Shown here one piece after another: positions 1-18,435 of a DNA stretch of 64,000 nucleotides. The position numbers were made by a program, and so were the translations under genes. The stretch is from assembly GCF_009914755.1 (NCBI RefSeq), contig NC_060929.1, one strand, 5' to 3'. The stretch is from the human T2T-CHM13v2.0 reference genome, Homo sapiens. The notes under the pieces are model-generated. The model was not told the DNA's origin. It was given only the letters and a program-made list of their open reading frames with translations, and made no database searches. Each line of letters begins with the position of its first letter. Within the stretch, counting starts at the first letter, position 1.

Positions 1-569
1 TGAGAAAAAAAATAATTAGAGTACCCTTAACCAGTTTCTTCACTAAGAAAGAGTAAAGTGCATTTCAAATAGGTGAATAAAGGATGTTTATTCAACAAAT
101 GCTAGTGGAATAAAATAGGTTTCTATATTGTATCATTATTTTAAAAACTCCAGATGTATTAATATATTTAGAAGAGACCATTGGAAAATAAAAAATTAGA
201 AAATATGATTATTTAAAATAGAAAATGCCCTTCTAAGCATGATACCAAATGTGGAGAAAAGTGGATCAAAGGACTGAGGAGTTAATTACACGAAGGTTTA
301 AAACTTTTATATGTCAAAATCTACCAAACTTTTTTAAGGTACGAAGGAAAAAAATTAAAAAAAAAAAAAGGCAAATTCTATACATCTTCTAAATCAATAG
401 GGAAAAAAAACCCAAACAAACAAACAAACAAAAAAAACGAATAAGAAAACAACCAAAGGACATGGCCAAGTTAATCGTAAAAAAGAAACGTGGCAGCCAT
501 AAAAAAGAATGAAATCATATTCTTTGCAGCAACATGGATGGAGCTGGAGGCCATTATCCAAAGTGAACT

Positions 570-1400
570 TGTCACAGGCCAGGTCTCACTAAACAACCAT
601 TTCAGTACTGACTGAATGTTTAAGTTAAATATTAAAAGCCAGTGCCCTTATACAAAGGCTGGGATGTAACAAAAGCCCATCAAGAGTTTTGCCTAGGCCT
701 TTCCTGGGCCTTAAAGCGTGATAAAATAATGAAGGAATTCTTTTTTTTTTTTTTTTGGCACAATTGTTTTTTTTTTATTATGGTAAAAAAAAAAAACATA
801 AAATTGACCATCTTAACAATTTTTAAGTGTATAGTACAATAGTGTTAATTACTGTATATGCACATTGCAATGTAAAAGATCTCTAGAACTTTTTCATCTT
901 ACAAAACTGAAACTCTGTTCCCATTGAACAACTCCTTGTTTCTTCAATAATGAAGGAATTCTTAATAGGAGCCATTTAGGATTAAACAAGTTTTACTGGG
1001 GGTCTGAAGAAACTCCCCAGTCCTCCACAAACAAGTGTATTAGGGGTCTGAAGGAACTCCTCAAACCTATGTGATATAGTAGGAGACACGATAAGGGTAA
1101 TCACTCTAGCACTTTACTGAGGCTCCAAAGGAAGGTCTTCAGGACTCAGACCTTAGTTATAGATTAAAAGAAGTTAGTAACTTATGTCTTTAGGTGAATG
1201 CACACTTACAGGTAGACATATAGCTTAGAAGGTATATAAGCTCTGGAAAACTTTGTAATTTGGAGTTGGTCTGGTGATGATGTTCAGACCTTCTCCCTGT
1301 AACCAGTTACAGAAATAACTCTCTTCCTCCCCAGTTCATCTGCATCTCGTTATTGGGCCGTGAGAAATAGCAGCCCGAACCTCAGTTTGGTCCCAGAACA
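570..1400 (+). mobile_element. Solo LTR, ERV1-class (subfamily not resolved)
   Basis: TG...CA termini, 4-bp target duplication aact/aatt, cleanly splits the L1; TATA-like ggtatataag at ~1231. Confidence 0.75.
743..945 (-). mobile_element. Polyadenylated retro-insert of old L1MA/L1MB-type 3' sequence inside the LTR
   Basis: 18-bp TSD aataatgaaggaattctt at 725-742 and 946-963; T16 tail; body resembles L1M 3' UTR (acaaaactgaaactct...cccattgaacaactcc). Confidence 0.8.
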
Positions 1401-2378
1401 AATTAACTCACAAACAGAAAGTCAAATACTGCATGTTCTCATTTATGAGTGGGAGCTAAATAATAGGTACACACAGACATAAAGATGGAAATGTAGGGAC
1501 TCTAAAAGGAGGAAGGTTGGGAGGGAGGGGTGAGAGTTAAAAAATTAGCTATTTGGTATAATGTTCACTATTTGGGTAAGGGGCACACTAGAAGCCCAAT
1601 CTCTGCCAGTACACAATATACTCATGTAACAAACATGCATGTGTACTTCCAATGTAAAATAAAATAAAAAAAAAAGAAACATGAATATCTGATAAACATA
1701 ATTTTTAAAATGCTCAATTACATACATAAAGCAATTTTTTGGCTTTGAAACTAGTAAATGCATGTACCTAGCACAAGGCCCCTCTTCCCTCCACCCCTGT
1801 CCTCTACCCCTAGGAAAAAAAAAACAAAACCTGTGTTGATGGAAGCAGAGATAAATATGTACACAAATTATACTTACATACTGCTGGTAGATGATAAACT
1901 GTACCATATATTGTTAAATTTAAAACATGGGCTTTATTGGCTTATTTGAATTTTTGTACAATCTTCCTATAATGAATATACATTTTATTTATAATATTAA
2001 AAAATAAGGTACTTTAAAAAGTTGGTATTTCTTCCAAAATAATAATTCTAAAATAGCAAAATAATTTGTTTAGTTTCAAAACAAAAATCATCATTATAAT
2101 ACCTCATATTAAAACCTCAGAGGATAGCTAATTATGTAATTTTAATACATTTTAGAAGGGATAAATTGAGAATAATTTAAAAATATTACAATTTAAGTCT
2201 CATCAGAATGCACTCTCACAGTTGGAAATTGATTCCAATGCAAAAAAATTCAGCAACAGCAGAGCAGCTGTTTAGTTTTCCTTTCTAGAGCAAAAGTAGC
2301 AAGAAAAAATTCTTCTGTTTTCATAAATATAACTACAACTATTTTATTCTTCTGTTCCACCTCAGTGGTACTCCTTGA

Positions 2379-2708
<330 letters not shown>

Positions 2709-2716
2709 CAACACGT

Positions 2717-2988
2717 TTTTTTTTTTTTTTTAAAGAGACAAAGTCTCGCTCTGTCACCCAGCCTGGAGTGGAGTGGTGCAATCGTAGCTCACTGCAGTCT
2801 TGGGCTCCTCAGTAGCTGGGACTACAGGCATGTGCCACTATACCCAGATAATTTTTGTTATTTTATTTTATAGAGATGAAGTCTTGCTATGCTGTCCAGG
2901 TTGGTCTTGAACTCCTGGCCTCAAGCAATCCTCCTGCCTTGGCCTCTCAAAGTGCTGGGATTACAGATGTGAGCCAGTGCGCTAGCCT
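2717..2988 (-). mobile_element. Alu (AluJ-like)
   Basis: Diverged dimeric Alu with internal deletion. Confidence 0.9.
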
Positions 2989-3211
2989 CAACATTGTTTA
3001 ATGGCAATTACCAAATATATTTCTTACACATTTTTTTCTCTTAATATAGAAAGCTTATAAGATTTTAATGTATGTGTGTATATACATGTGAAGGAGATTT
3101 TATTACCTGCTTAACAAATAAACACAAGGAGAAAAAAGCTGGTTTCAGACATTTTCAAACAAAGACAATTAGAACAGTTTTATGTTCAGCTATGGATAAG
3201 ATCTCACAGTA

Positions 3212-3555
<344 letters not shown>

Positions 3556-3892
3556 TCAGATTTTTCCTTTATAGTTTGCTTTTATGTTAAAAAAAAAAAA
3601 AAAGTAGATAACATTAAAAATGATCATCTTTACAGGGGAGATAAAAATTTGTCCTATCAAGTGAACAGGCCTAATACTAAGCCTTTTGAAGCCTAAACTT
3701 TGTAGGCAATAAGAAATATATATTTGAGCATGCCTGGCATTTATATATCATGAAATATACACTGAATTAACATAAACACTGAGGAAAAAATTATATATTT
3801 AGAATATTTAAAGGTTACAAGAGTATTATTAAAAAATCACTTTTGTGATAGACATGATCTATGTGTTTCTCTAAGATCAAAATATAAATTCA

Positions 3893-3988
<96 letters not shown>

Positions 3989-4118
3989 CTATTAAAAAGA
4001 AGTGAAAAATCTGTAATTTGAGGCAGGCATTTTAATTACAATGAAGTCTTTTAGGTGGAATTCCTCTACATTTCACTGAAATTTTACAATTTGACACAAA
4101 AAAATTCCACTCCTGTGA

Positions 4119-4496
<378 letters not shown>

Positions 4497-5374
4497 ACAA
4501 CCTACGATTTAAATCACCACTAAAATCACCTTAAAAGTAGGTTATGTGTTTAAATGGTTAAGTAACTGCATGTATACTTAAAAAGAAAAGAAAAGAAAAA
4601 AACCCAGGTAAATTAGCACCTGAAAAATACCTACTATACATTCTTATACTTCCCCTTCCCACCAACCCCAGTTAAGAGATACATTTATTTTGGTATGAAG
4701 AAAAACAGCAAGTAATACCAGAAAAGAACTCAGTAGGTGGGATCAATGAATGCTAAAAAGATATTCTAAGAAAGAAAACCTTCTTATACTTTCTCACTGC
4801 TGCTTAAGACTGTATTTTAGCGTTGAAAAAGACTTTAGTTATGTATTTTAACACTCTCCTTTTAATGATAGGGCCTATAGCTCTAAAAGGTTAAAAGACC
4901 CAGGGTCAACACTTAAAATAACAAAGGTTGGTCCCATATAAAACTTATTTCCACAACAATGGGGTTCACTGGGTCAAAACTGATACTGGAGTCCAGTATG
5001 TTTGTAAATAATCTAATGCTTTTATTTCCTCATTTCAAATAGTCATACATGGCTTTTTTCTTTTCTTTCTTTTTTTTACCTTGTCCAAATTCCATTTTCT
5101 AAAAGACTGATTTGCTTGGTCCCCCTATTGGGTAATGTAAGCACCACACTTTTGAAAGCGAAAGGGAATGTTAGTAATAATCTTGCTGAATTAAGAACTG
5201 CCTTGGTCAAACCAGGATTCATGGTCACTCTGGCTACAGGAAATGTAAACAGCTCTTCCTATTTCCCCTTATTCCCAAAAAAACACTACTCTGAAGAGCG
5301 TGATCATCAAAAATCATAAGAGAACAGATTATGCTTGTGATCTAAAGAAGGCTAGTGAAAGCCACATGTATTTA

Positions 5375-6168
5375 CTGTCACATGTTAGTTCACCATGGGG
5401 ATACAGTCTGAGAAATGTGTCACTGACGACTTAATTCTTGTATAAACATCATAGAGTGTACTTATATAAACCTAGATGGTATAGCCTACTACACATCTAG
5501 GCTATAAACATTTACAACATATGACTGCACTGAATACTGAAGGCAATTTTAACATGATGGTTAAGTATTTGTGAATCTAAACATAGAAAAGGGACAGGAA
5601 AAATATGATATAAAAGATAAAAAACAGTATACTTGCACAGGGCACTTATGAATGGAGCTTGCAGGATTTGAAGTTCCTCAGGGTGAGTGAGTGAGTGAGT
5701 AGTCAATGAATGTGAAGGCGTAGGACATTACTGCACACCACTGTAAACTTTTAACACTGCATACTTAGGCTACACTACATTTATTTAAAAATGTTCTTCC
5801 TTCAATAACAACCTTAGCTTACTGTAACTTTTACTTTATAAACTTTTTAATTTTTTAAACTTTTTGAGTCTTTTGTAATAAGATATCTTAAAACATAAAC
5901 ATTGTACAGCAGCACAAAAATATTTTCTTTATACTGTATTCTACAAACATTTTTCTATTTTTTAAAAAATTTATTTTTTTTAACTTTTTAAACTTTTTTG
6001 TTATAAACTAAGAGACAACACACACATTAGCCTAGGCCTACACAGGGTCAGGATCATCAAGATGTCACTAGGCAAAAGGAATTATTCAGCTCCATTATCA
6101 TGTTATGGGACCACAGTTGTATATGTGGTCCATCACTGACGGAAATGTCGTTATGCAGTGTATCACTG
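5375..6168. mobile_element. Tigger3/Golem-family DNA transposon remnant
   Basis: gggatacagtctgagaaatgtgtc...aacatcatagagtgtactta...cctagatggtatagcctactacac and other end atgggaccacagttgtatatgtggtccatc. Confidence 0.8.
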
Positions 6169-6347
6169 AACTTAATGGCTAAAGTCTAAACTGAACTCAC
6201 ACAAAGCAAACTACTTCTAAATACCACATCAGCGTTAAAGACAGTGGAAATCAATGAATCAATGGGTTCATTAGACCCAAAGATTTCATTAATTGATTTT
6301 TGTGTACTAAAGAGAAAATGGGACTACAGATCCACCAGAATGACTAA

Positions 6348-6515
6348 GCCAGGTGCAGTGGCATGTGCCTGTAGTCCTGGTCATTCAGGAGGCTGAGGCA
6401 GGAGGATCACCCGAGCCCTGGAGTTCAAGGCTGTAGTATACTAATGGCTGTGTCTGTGAATAGTCATTGCACTTCAGCCTGGACAACACAGTGAGACCCT
6501 GTCTCTCAAAAAAAG
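6348..6515 (+). mobile_element. Fossil Alu monomer (FAM-like)
   Basis: Single monomer retaining 7SL-like tgtgaatag(t)cattgcact segment. Confidence 0.7.
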
Positions 6516-6649
6516 AAAGACTGTCCCCAAAATCAAACAACACCAACACCTATACACACACACACACACAGACGCACACACACACAATACCAAGTACAGT
6601 CAAGAGTGAACAACATCAACAACACCCACACACCCACACATCCCTAACA

Positions 6650-7315
6650 ATACCAAAATGCTGTCAAGAATTAAAAATAATTGGAATCCTCACCCATTGC
6701 TGGTAGAAATAATCACTTTGGAAAATCATCAGTATCCACTAAAGTTAAGCATATACCCCTATGAATCAAGAAGTCTACTCCAAGGTATGAGAAATATACC
6801 TAAAGATATGCCCCAAGAACTCTCATAGCAGTTTCATTCATGATAGCCAAAAAATGAAAAAAATCTAAATGTCCACCAACAGGAAAATAGATAAGCAAAT
6901 TGAAGTCATACAATAAAAAGTTATACAATAAAATAGTGTATAGCAATAAAAAAGAATAAACTACTATTAAATATAACAACATGAATGAATCTCACAGTCA
7001 AATGTTGAAGGAAAGAGAAGGCCTGACTCAAAAGTATACTGTATGATTCCATTTGTATGTTGTTCCAGAACAGGCAAAACTAATCTATAATGACATAGGT
7101 TAAAACCATATGATCACCTCTTGGGGTGGTGGTATGATATGGAATAGGAAGGAGCATGAAGGAACCTTCTAGGGTGCTAGAAAAGTTATATATCTTGATC
7201 TGTCTATGGTTAAGGGGTGTATACAAACGTTAAAAAAAATCAGGTAGTATACTTAAGATTGGTACACTTCATTGTATGTATGTTATGTATTAATTTTAAA
7301 TGAATAAAACAAAAA
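6650..7315 (+). mobile_element. Old L1M (MC/ME-type) 3' end
   Basis: aaatgtccaccaacagg, atgaatctcaca, tactgtatgattccatt, caggcaaaactaatctat motifs. Confidence 0.75.
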
Positions 7316-7689
7316 TGCACAGCACAGCAATAATATTAAAGACTTACAGGAAAGTGAAAATGTATGTAAAAGTACACACCTGTGAATCTAATAATGTAAG
7401 AAAATGTATCTTCAATGAACAGGTTATCTCTTATTAACACTGTTAACCATAATTGCCTAATTTTAGAATTTTTGGTTTTCCTGGACATGACTGGCTAACA
7501 ATTAAGTACACTTCTTCTACAGTGGAAAGGATCATTATTATTATAGGTAACCAATAAAAATCATCACTACAAAATAGTATTTTCAATTAGCTGAAAGAAT
7601 CCTGGAACTGACATTATAAATCTACATAAAAGTATAATATAGACAATTCTATTATTAAATAGCTGTTATTATCACCTATTTAATTGCTC

Positions 7690-7800
7690 TCATTAGATTT
7701 TAAGCCCCTTGAGAGACTATTTCCTGCTCATCACTGTTTTCCCATTCCTAGCTTAGAGTCAAGCACACAGCAGGCACACACCTGAATGAAACAATTTCAG
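7690..7800 (+). mobile_element. L2 3' end fragment
   Basis: ttagattttaagccccttgag...ctcatcactgttttccc...cctagc...gcacacagcaggcac. Confidence 0.55.
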
Positions 7801-7908
7801 TGAAACCATATTGTTATCATTGTACTTTCTTTCTCAATTCTAAGAATTACCTGAAAGACGTATTTGTTGATAAACAACTTTCTCTATTTAAGAACTTTCT
7901 AGTCTTTA

Positions 7909-8080
7909 GTGTGTATATATACACACACACACACACACACACTCTACATACAAAAGATTAGAAAGTTCTTGAATAGAGTTGCTTACCAATAAATACACAC
8001 ATACCCTGCATATATTATGTATATATATATGAACACACACATACTGTGTGTACACACATGTGCAAATACACACACACTTA
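7909..8080. repeat. Mixed (CA)n/(TA)n low-complexity tract
   Basis: acacacacacacacacacacac at 7921-7942 plus degenerate CA/TA runs. Confidence 0.85.
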
Positions 8081-9721
8081 CATTCCATGTAAAATGTAAC
8101 TGGGATCCAGTTATTTCAACCTTGAGAAAAAATTACAGTGGAAAAGGTTAATAAAATTTGACATCAGATAGATCTGTAAGAAGACTATAAAACACAGTAG
8201 TGTCCAGATTTTAACCAATACTGCCTGCCATCTTTTCTGGCTGTTCTTTGGTGGAGAGTGTTGCATGGAGAAGCAACAAAAGTGGTTTTTTTCCCGCAGA
8301 TCTTTGGTTTGCTCTGCTCATTGCTACCCAATAAAGAAAGAGAACTGGTAAGATTAACAATGCTGAAAGCAATCAAAAATCTATCTCCCCTTTTCAACAT
8401 GGCAAATAAACTTGAATGCTAAAATAATCAGGAAGTGGTATATAATGTGCAAAGGTTTAAAAAAAATTATTTTAGGCAATGTGGTTAGAGTATATGACCA
8501 AAGAATATGATCCCTTAGTGAAGGAAAAAGAGACTAAAGAGAGAGAAAGTTGCCAAAAAGTTGGAAATAAGCTAGTCTGGACTAGCTGAATGATAATCTT
8601 GAACCATTAGTCTAATGTATTTAGGGAGTTGTCCTGTTTTTCAATACATTGTTTTTTTTTTGTGAACAGGGACTCTTCTAATAATTCAATTTGATCCACA
8701 CTGAGTATAGAGTTGAAATCTTTGAAGATAATAATAGTTTGGCTCCAGAATGATAATAAATTTTCTATACCTTAAAAGGATGTTTTCATTACCTATTTTA
8801 AAAGAAGACATATTCCTAATCAAAATGGCTTACTCTCACCTGCACTTGTGCATTCTGAACAGCTCTCTTTTCTTCTAAAACATGGGAACCTTCCTAAACA
8901 CATAGTGCTATCATTGCTTTCCTTAGTGTCCCGCTCAAATTCAAAGGCCTTCAAACTCTGCAAGCAATATAACTCAGAATGAATATGATTCTGGCTGATG
9001 TCTAATCTGGCATCCAGAGCTGATATATAAAAGAATAGAGAAAAATGCCTCTAACTCTATTACTTTTCACCTTTTGACAAGCCTCTGGGCCTCAATTCCT
9101 TCTTCTATAAAATGATGGCATTGGACTAGAACTTTAAGGTATGTTTCAACTCTAACATTTTACTATTATTCTAAAGCTGAATTATAAATAGAAGTTTTCC
9201 TACTTAACAAATCCACTGAGCCATGCTTCACACTAGAAACTAAAGAGTCATACTATAATATTATCAGTGCTGCAGTTTAAACAAAGGTGGGAAAATGTGA
9301 ACATAGGGCAAATGCTCAAACAACATAATGTATGTTAAATGGTATCACTGACCATGGAAAAAATACATGAGTATTACTATAATAAGTAAATGTTTAACTT
9401 TGTAAATTGGCATATAAGTTAGTTCATATGCCTTAAATGCAGTTTCATACATCATGCACCTAAAGGTGTGTAATGTTAAATGGCTCAACACTTCTATTCC
9501 AAAGCATTACTAACATCATCACAAAAACTTTTATATTAAATCTTTCAAGAAAGCATACTGTATAGTAACTAAACAAGTAATTGGTGAATCTTGTTAGGCA
9601 AATGAGTTTAGGATGCCCATAAAGCTTCAGAGTAGTAGTATCATCTGCTATTTCTATCAACCCAAGATTCTTCCCTAAGAAGTTAGCTTGTTTTAAATAT
9701 TCAAACAATACGTAAAACTTA

Positions 9722-9931
<210 letters not shown>

Positions 9932-10559
9932 TTATTCACTGAAAATATCTCTAATGAGGAAATAATTCATCACAATTTAAGATTAGAAAATGTTTAGAAA
10001 ATTAGCAAGTCAGAGCAGGTTTTGGGATTTTAATTTTCCTCCTGTAGGCCAACATTTAAAAATCTCCTATCCAAGCTCTATAAGCAAAGAAGCTTCGTGG
10101 CAGCATATGTACTTTCAAGTCCTTTTTTTCTAGATTCTGTTTCCTGAAATTTATTTGCTGTGCTGCACCCAATTAATCAAATGGTAGGAGGAGCAATACT
10201 TTAACAATAACATTCTGACAGCTTAGAGTAGGACCTAATTATGGCAAGAACTACCTTATTATTTTGAAAAGCCTAGAATTAAAAAAAATCTGAAGATAAA
10301 CTAAAGAATCTAATAAAATAATATACAATTTAAAAATAAACATACAAATTTAAATCCAGGACCAATGCACTTAAACTCAATGCCTTTTACGTTTCAATTT
10401 TATCATTTTAATTCATGGTTAGCTTTTGAATTAAACAAAAAATCTTAAAACTCAAAGATGCAAACAAGAAATCATAATATTCTATAGTTAAGAAATCATT
10501 CTAGTAGAATAATTATAAATGAAATAATGTCAATTTTGACTTTAAAAACGATTAGAGAT

Positions 10560-12040
<1,481 letters not shown>

Positions 12041-12220
12041 AGTTACCATTATTACATAATGTCAGAATGTGATTTTTACCTGCATGCCTTGGAAGATATT
12101 TTCACTTGGATTCCACCAGTTCTACTGCTTTTTAAAAAATTAATCAGGTAATTATTTCTTGTGAGTTGTTACATAACTTCTGAAAGTATATTTTATCCAG
12201 CTGAGGGGAAAAATGTATTA

Positions 12221-12355
<135 letters not shown>

Positions 12356-12844
12356 TTAATGTCTATTCTTATGTTCAACTGAGTCATTTTACTCTGGATT
12401 CTGATTCTGAGTATGAAGTCTTACTCATCTTTGTATTTTCACTGGTAATCAAGGTATGCTCAATAAATATCTACCTATCAAGGAACTTTTAAAGAACAAA
12501 ATCTTAATCTCTCTCTCTCCCCTCAACCCCTGAATATTCTCATTTAGTGAGACTATGGAGAAGGGTATGATACAATTATTTCTTTTTAAAGCTCCCCGAG
12601 ATGATTACAGTATCAGCCATCTATTTATTTTTGCCACCCAAATATGTGGAATGTCTTTAGATACATTATTTTTAAACCATATTCACTCTCATTTGTGTAA
12701 GGGAAGGTTACTGAGTTATGAATTATTTCACCCTGTAGTCTTCCTATCTCTTGCTCCCTTCCGTGGGGCCATTTCCACTCTGTAAGAGGACCAGAAGGGC
12801 TGAACAGGACTATAAGGGTGCCTTCTATGCAGAAGACACCTTAG

Positions 12845-13162
<318 letters not shown>

Positions 13163-13210
13163 GAGAGTTCTTATATATACTATTTCTGATGTGCAAGGAA
13201 AATATAATGA

Positions 13211-13464
<254 letters not shown>

Positions 13465-13721
13465 ATGATATCAATTTTCATTCATCCCAGGCTGTATCTG
13501 TATCCAGGCATCCCTTTTCTCTAATTCCAGACAAAAACAGAATCTCTCTTGTTCTACTTTAACATACCTCTTTCTTCTATGTGCTATCCCTTTTTCTACT
13601 ACGCCACATGCTTTAATTCTCTGTACTACGCATTCCACTCATAATGCAAATTCCTGCATCTTAGTTCCCAACATTATTTGCTGCTTTTATCAAGCTTTTT
13701 GTGGCTTCTTCTTCTTCTTGT

Positions 13722-13993
13722 TTGTGAGACAGGGTCTGGCTCTGTTGCCCAGCCTGGAGTGCAGTGGCACAATCTCAGCTCACTGCAACCTCCACCTCCC
13801 AGGCTCAAGCAATCCTACTCAGCCCCTTGAGCAGCTGGGAACACAGGTGCACACCACCAGCCCAGCTAATTTTTGTAGAGATGAGGTTTTGCCATGTTGC
13901 CCAGGCCGGTTTCAAACTCCTGAGCTCAAGCAATCTGCCCACCTCTGCCTCTCAAAATGCTGGGATTACAGGTGTAAGCCACTGCACCCAGCC
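13722..13993 (-). mobile_element. Alu (AluJ-like)
   Basis: Diverged dimer. Confidence 0.9.
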
Positions 13994-15218
13994 TACATGG
14001 CTCCTTTATCTTTTCAGGAACTCCCTTTATAAAGAAGGAATCTACATTTTAAACTAATGTCTTACTTACTGCATGTATCTTTTTACATCAGGAGCACCGT
14101 GGCTCTATAAGGAACATCTCATCTATCTTAGCTGTCTTTTTTATGGATGCAGAGCCCAATTCGATACCTTATTTCCCTTCTTTGATTAAATGGTAGGAAT
14201 CACCATGGAAAATCTTCTGTACTGCCATTTTCTAATTACTGGACTATTTCATTTTTTTATAACCACTTGAAAATGTTGTCAATCATCTATAACAACTCTT
14301 ACAAATCATAAACTATTATCTATTAATACCCTGTATTCATTTCTACCTGGCTGTGATCTCAATATTCAATTCTTTTTCTTTTCCACTTCCATCATTCCTA
14401 CAGACTTCAATATGAGCATATCTTGATTACCAGTGAAAATACAAAGATGAGTAAGATCTCATATGCTCAATAAATATGCTGTGCAATGTCTTTAGATACA
14501 TTATTTTTAAACCATACTCAGATAAAAAATCATGCTGACCATCAGTTGAAGTTATAATACGACTATTCCTAAATTAGTCCCCTGGCATAATCCCATAAAG
14601 ATGACCTTCAAGTACCTTTTGAGATCCTTACTTCCCGGGGCCTTTTCAAATTTCCCTACTTTTTTGCATCATATCAATGAAAAGTTAAAACAGTTTGTTA
14701 CTCACTCTTCAACTCTACCTTCATGCATTCTTTTCTACAGAAGCAGGAGATATTTCATTTGCTCTAGATTTGACCTATTCTCACAATTTAAAGGAGTTGT
14801 TTTCTTGGAAAACTCAAAAGCCTTCTGTACAATATTTGTTTTCCCCTTTCTGCTGTGCTTTCCTTCTGCCTTCAGAAGGCTTGTTTATAATGCTAGCTCA
14901 TACTTCTACTAGAGAGGGTATCCACATATCAAGGAACTTTTGATTATCTACCTATCAAGGAACTTTTAAAGAACAAAACGTTAATCTCTCTCTCTCCCCT
15001 CAACCCCTGAATATTCTGGTTTAGTGAGACTATGGTGAAGGGTATGATACAATTATTTCTTTTTTAAAGCTCCCCGAGATGATTACAGTATCAGCCAGAC
15101 ATCTATTTATTTTTGCCACCCAAATATTTCTCAGCCACCAGCACATTAAATCTTCCTCTCAAACTACCCCTTTACCATAACCTTCCACCTCCAAAACAGA
15201 CACAAAATAGCTTTTTCA

Positions 15219-15510
<292 letters not shown>

Positions 15511-15567
15511 TCAAAGGATCAATCAATCAGTCAGTATCTCACAAATAACATTTGTAGGGAAATCAGT

Positions 15568-15960
15568 TGTTATGGGCTGAATTGTGTCTCAGAAATTCAT
15601 ATGTTGAAGTCCTTAATCTCCAGTACCTTAGAATATGGCTGTTATTTGGAGACAAGGTTTGTAAAGCAGTAATTAAGTTAACATGGGGTCATTAGGATGG
15701 GCACTAATCCACTATGACTGTACAATATGCAGAAGAAATTTGGACACAGACACATACAAAGGGAAAGATGATGATGTGAAGATATAGGGAGGCTACCTAT
15801 AAGCCAAGGAGAGAGGCGTGGAACAGGTTTTTCCTTCATGGCCTTCAGAAGAAACCAACCCTGCCAATACCTTTATCTCAGAACTGTGAGAAAATAAATC
15901 TGTTGTTTAAGCCACCCAGTCTGTGGTACTTTGATATGGCAGCCCTAGCAAACTAATACA
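15568..15960 (+). mobile_element. MaLR solo LTR (MLT1B-like)
   Basis: tgttatgggctgaattgtgtc...gcagccctagcaaactaataca, 393 bp, perfect 5-bp TSD tcagt. Confidence 0.9.
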
Positions 15961-16342
15961 TCAGTCTTCAATTTGCTATTTATTTAAACATGTAGCAGAA
16001 AAGATTCCGTGTAATGTCTATTATTATTTTTCAAATCATCTACACAACCTGGTTATCACTGCATTCCAACTTCCACTTTTTCCACCATCACTTTTGTCCT
16101 TCTAATACTATACGCTATTGGTATGGACCATTAAGATAAACAAGGCATCATATTCTATATGTATCCTGTTTTTGTTTAAAGCTAATCTGTAACATTTAAA
16201 TTGATTAAAAGGTATACTTTTTTAATGAAGGAGAAACAGAAGTTCAGGTGTTTTCTATTTTTAGAGGGGAAAAAAAAAAAATCACACATTAACGAACCAA
16301 AACCTTTAATAAAAGTTTTTATATTAACAAATAGAACTTCAA

Positions 16343-16580
16343 GGCCAGGCACAATGGCTCAAGCCTGTAATTCTAGTACTTTGGGCAGTTGAGGTGGGAG
16401 AATCCCTTGAGGCCAGGAGTTTAAAGACCAGCCTGGGCCACATAGCGAGACCTCATCTCTACAAAAAATTTAAAAATTAACCAGATATGACGGTGTATGC
16501 CTGTAGTCCTAGCCAGTTCGGAAGTTGAGGCAGGAGGATCACTTGAGCCCAGGAGTTTAAGGTCACAGGGAGCTATGAAC
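16343..16580 (+). mobile_element. 3'-truncated Alu (AluJ-like)
   Basis: Alu body ends abruptly at gagctatga, followed by L1M-like sequence. Confidence 0.85.
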
Positions 16581-17184
16581 ATTCTACTACATTATTGGAA
16601 GGTTCTGATACTACACATAAAGTGGTATATTACTTGAAGGCAGACTGTGGTAAGTTAAATATGCAAACTATAAACCTTAAAGTAGCCACTAAAATAACAA
16701 AACCACGAGTTATACCTAAGAAGCTAACAAAGGAGATAAAGTGGAATTATATATATATGAAAAAAATTTCATCCAAAGAAGGCAGAAAAAGGGAATATAG
16801 AATAGACAAAAAGAACTTGGATCCAGATCAAACACATTTAATAAAAAAGAGAAATGAAACCATGTCAAGCCACCTAGTTATATTGGGGATGAACTTAGTC
16901 CTGTTTGGTAATAATGGTAGAGTAGTTAATTTTTGCCATCACAATAAATTAAGTGAAAAAGCTGAAGAACAATGTTGACATCAGCAGTATTTTTGGGACT
17001 AACAAAGGAAAGTTAAACTATAAACCTAACACTAAAAGTTAATTGAAGATATCTTGTTTCTTTTAAATAAGAACTCAATAAAATTATTTTTAAATGTACA
17101 TACAATTATTACTTCCATTTCTATTACTGATTCTTCTTCTATGAGAAAAAGGGTAGAGAAAGGGAGAGACTGAGAGAGAGAGGG

Positions 17185-17590
<406 letters not shown>

Positions 17591-17716
17591 TTATCTCCTC
17601 TAAGACTCATCATGGGCTAAATTTATCAGACATAATAATAATGTGAAATGATCCATAATACCAAGATAATAGATATCATTTTTTAATGGAATAAAGAGTA
17701 TCATTTGAAAGTCTTT

Positions 17717-18185
<469 letters not shown>

Positions 18186-18243
18186 TCAAGAGGCTTTTAA
18201 TCCATTCATTCTCCAAGTAAAAATAGTGGTAATAGCCTAATTA

Positions 18244-18435
<192 letters not shown>

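Larger units (their letters stand above)
490..1678 (+). mobile_element. L1 3' end (L1PB-like), interrupted by an LTR at 570-1400
   Basis: gcagccataaaaaagaatgaaatc...gcaacatggatggagctggaggccattatc resumes at 1401 as aactcacaaacagaaagtcaaatactgcatgttctc; A-rich tail ~1656-1678. Confidence 0.85.

Noticed and set aside
8838-8876. Possible 35-nt cryptic sense exon with CAG|GTGAGA donor
   Set aside because: Acceptor has a poor pyrimidine tract; such sites are frequent by chance.
16595-16978. 127-aa lysine-rich ORF
   Set aside because: TTG start, A-rich old L1M inter-ORF-like sequence, no recognisable domain or exon structure.
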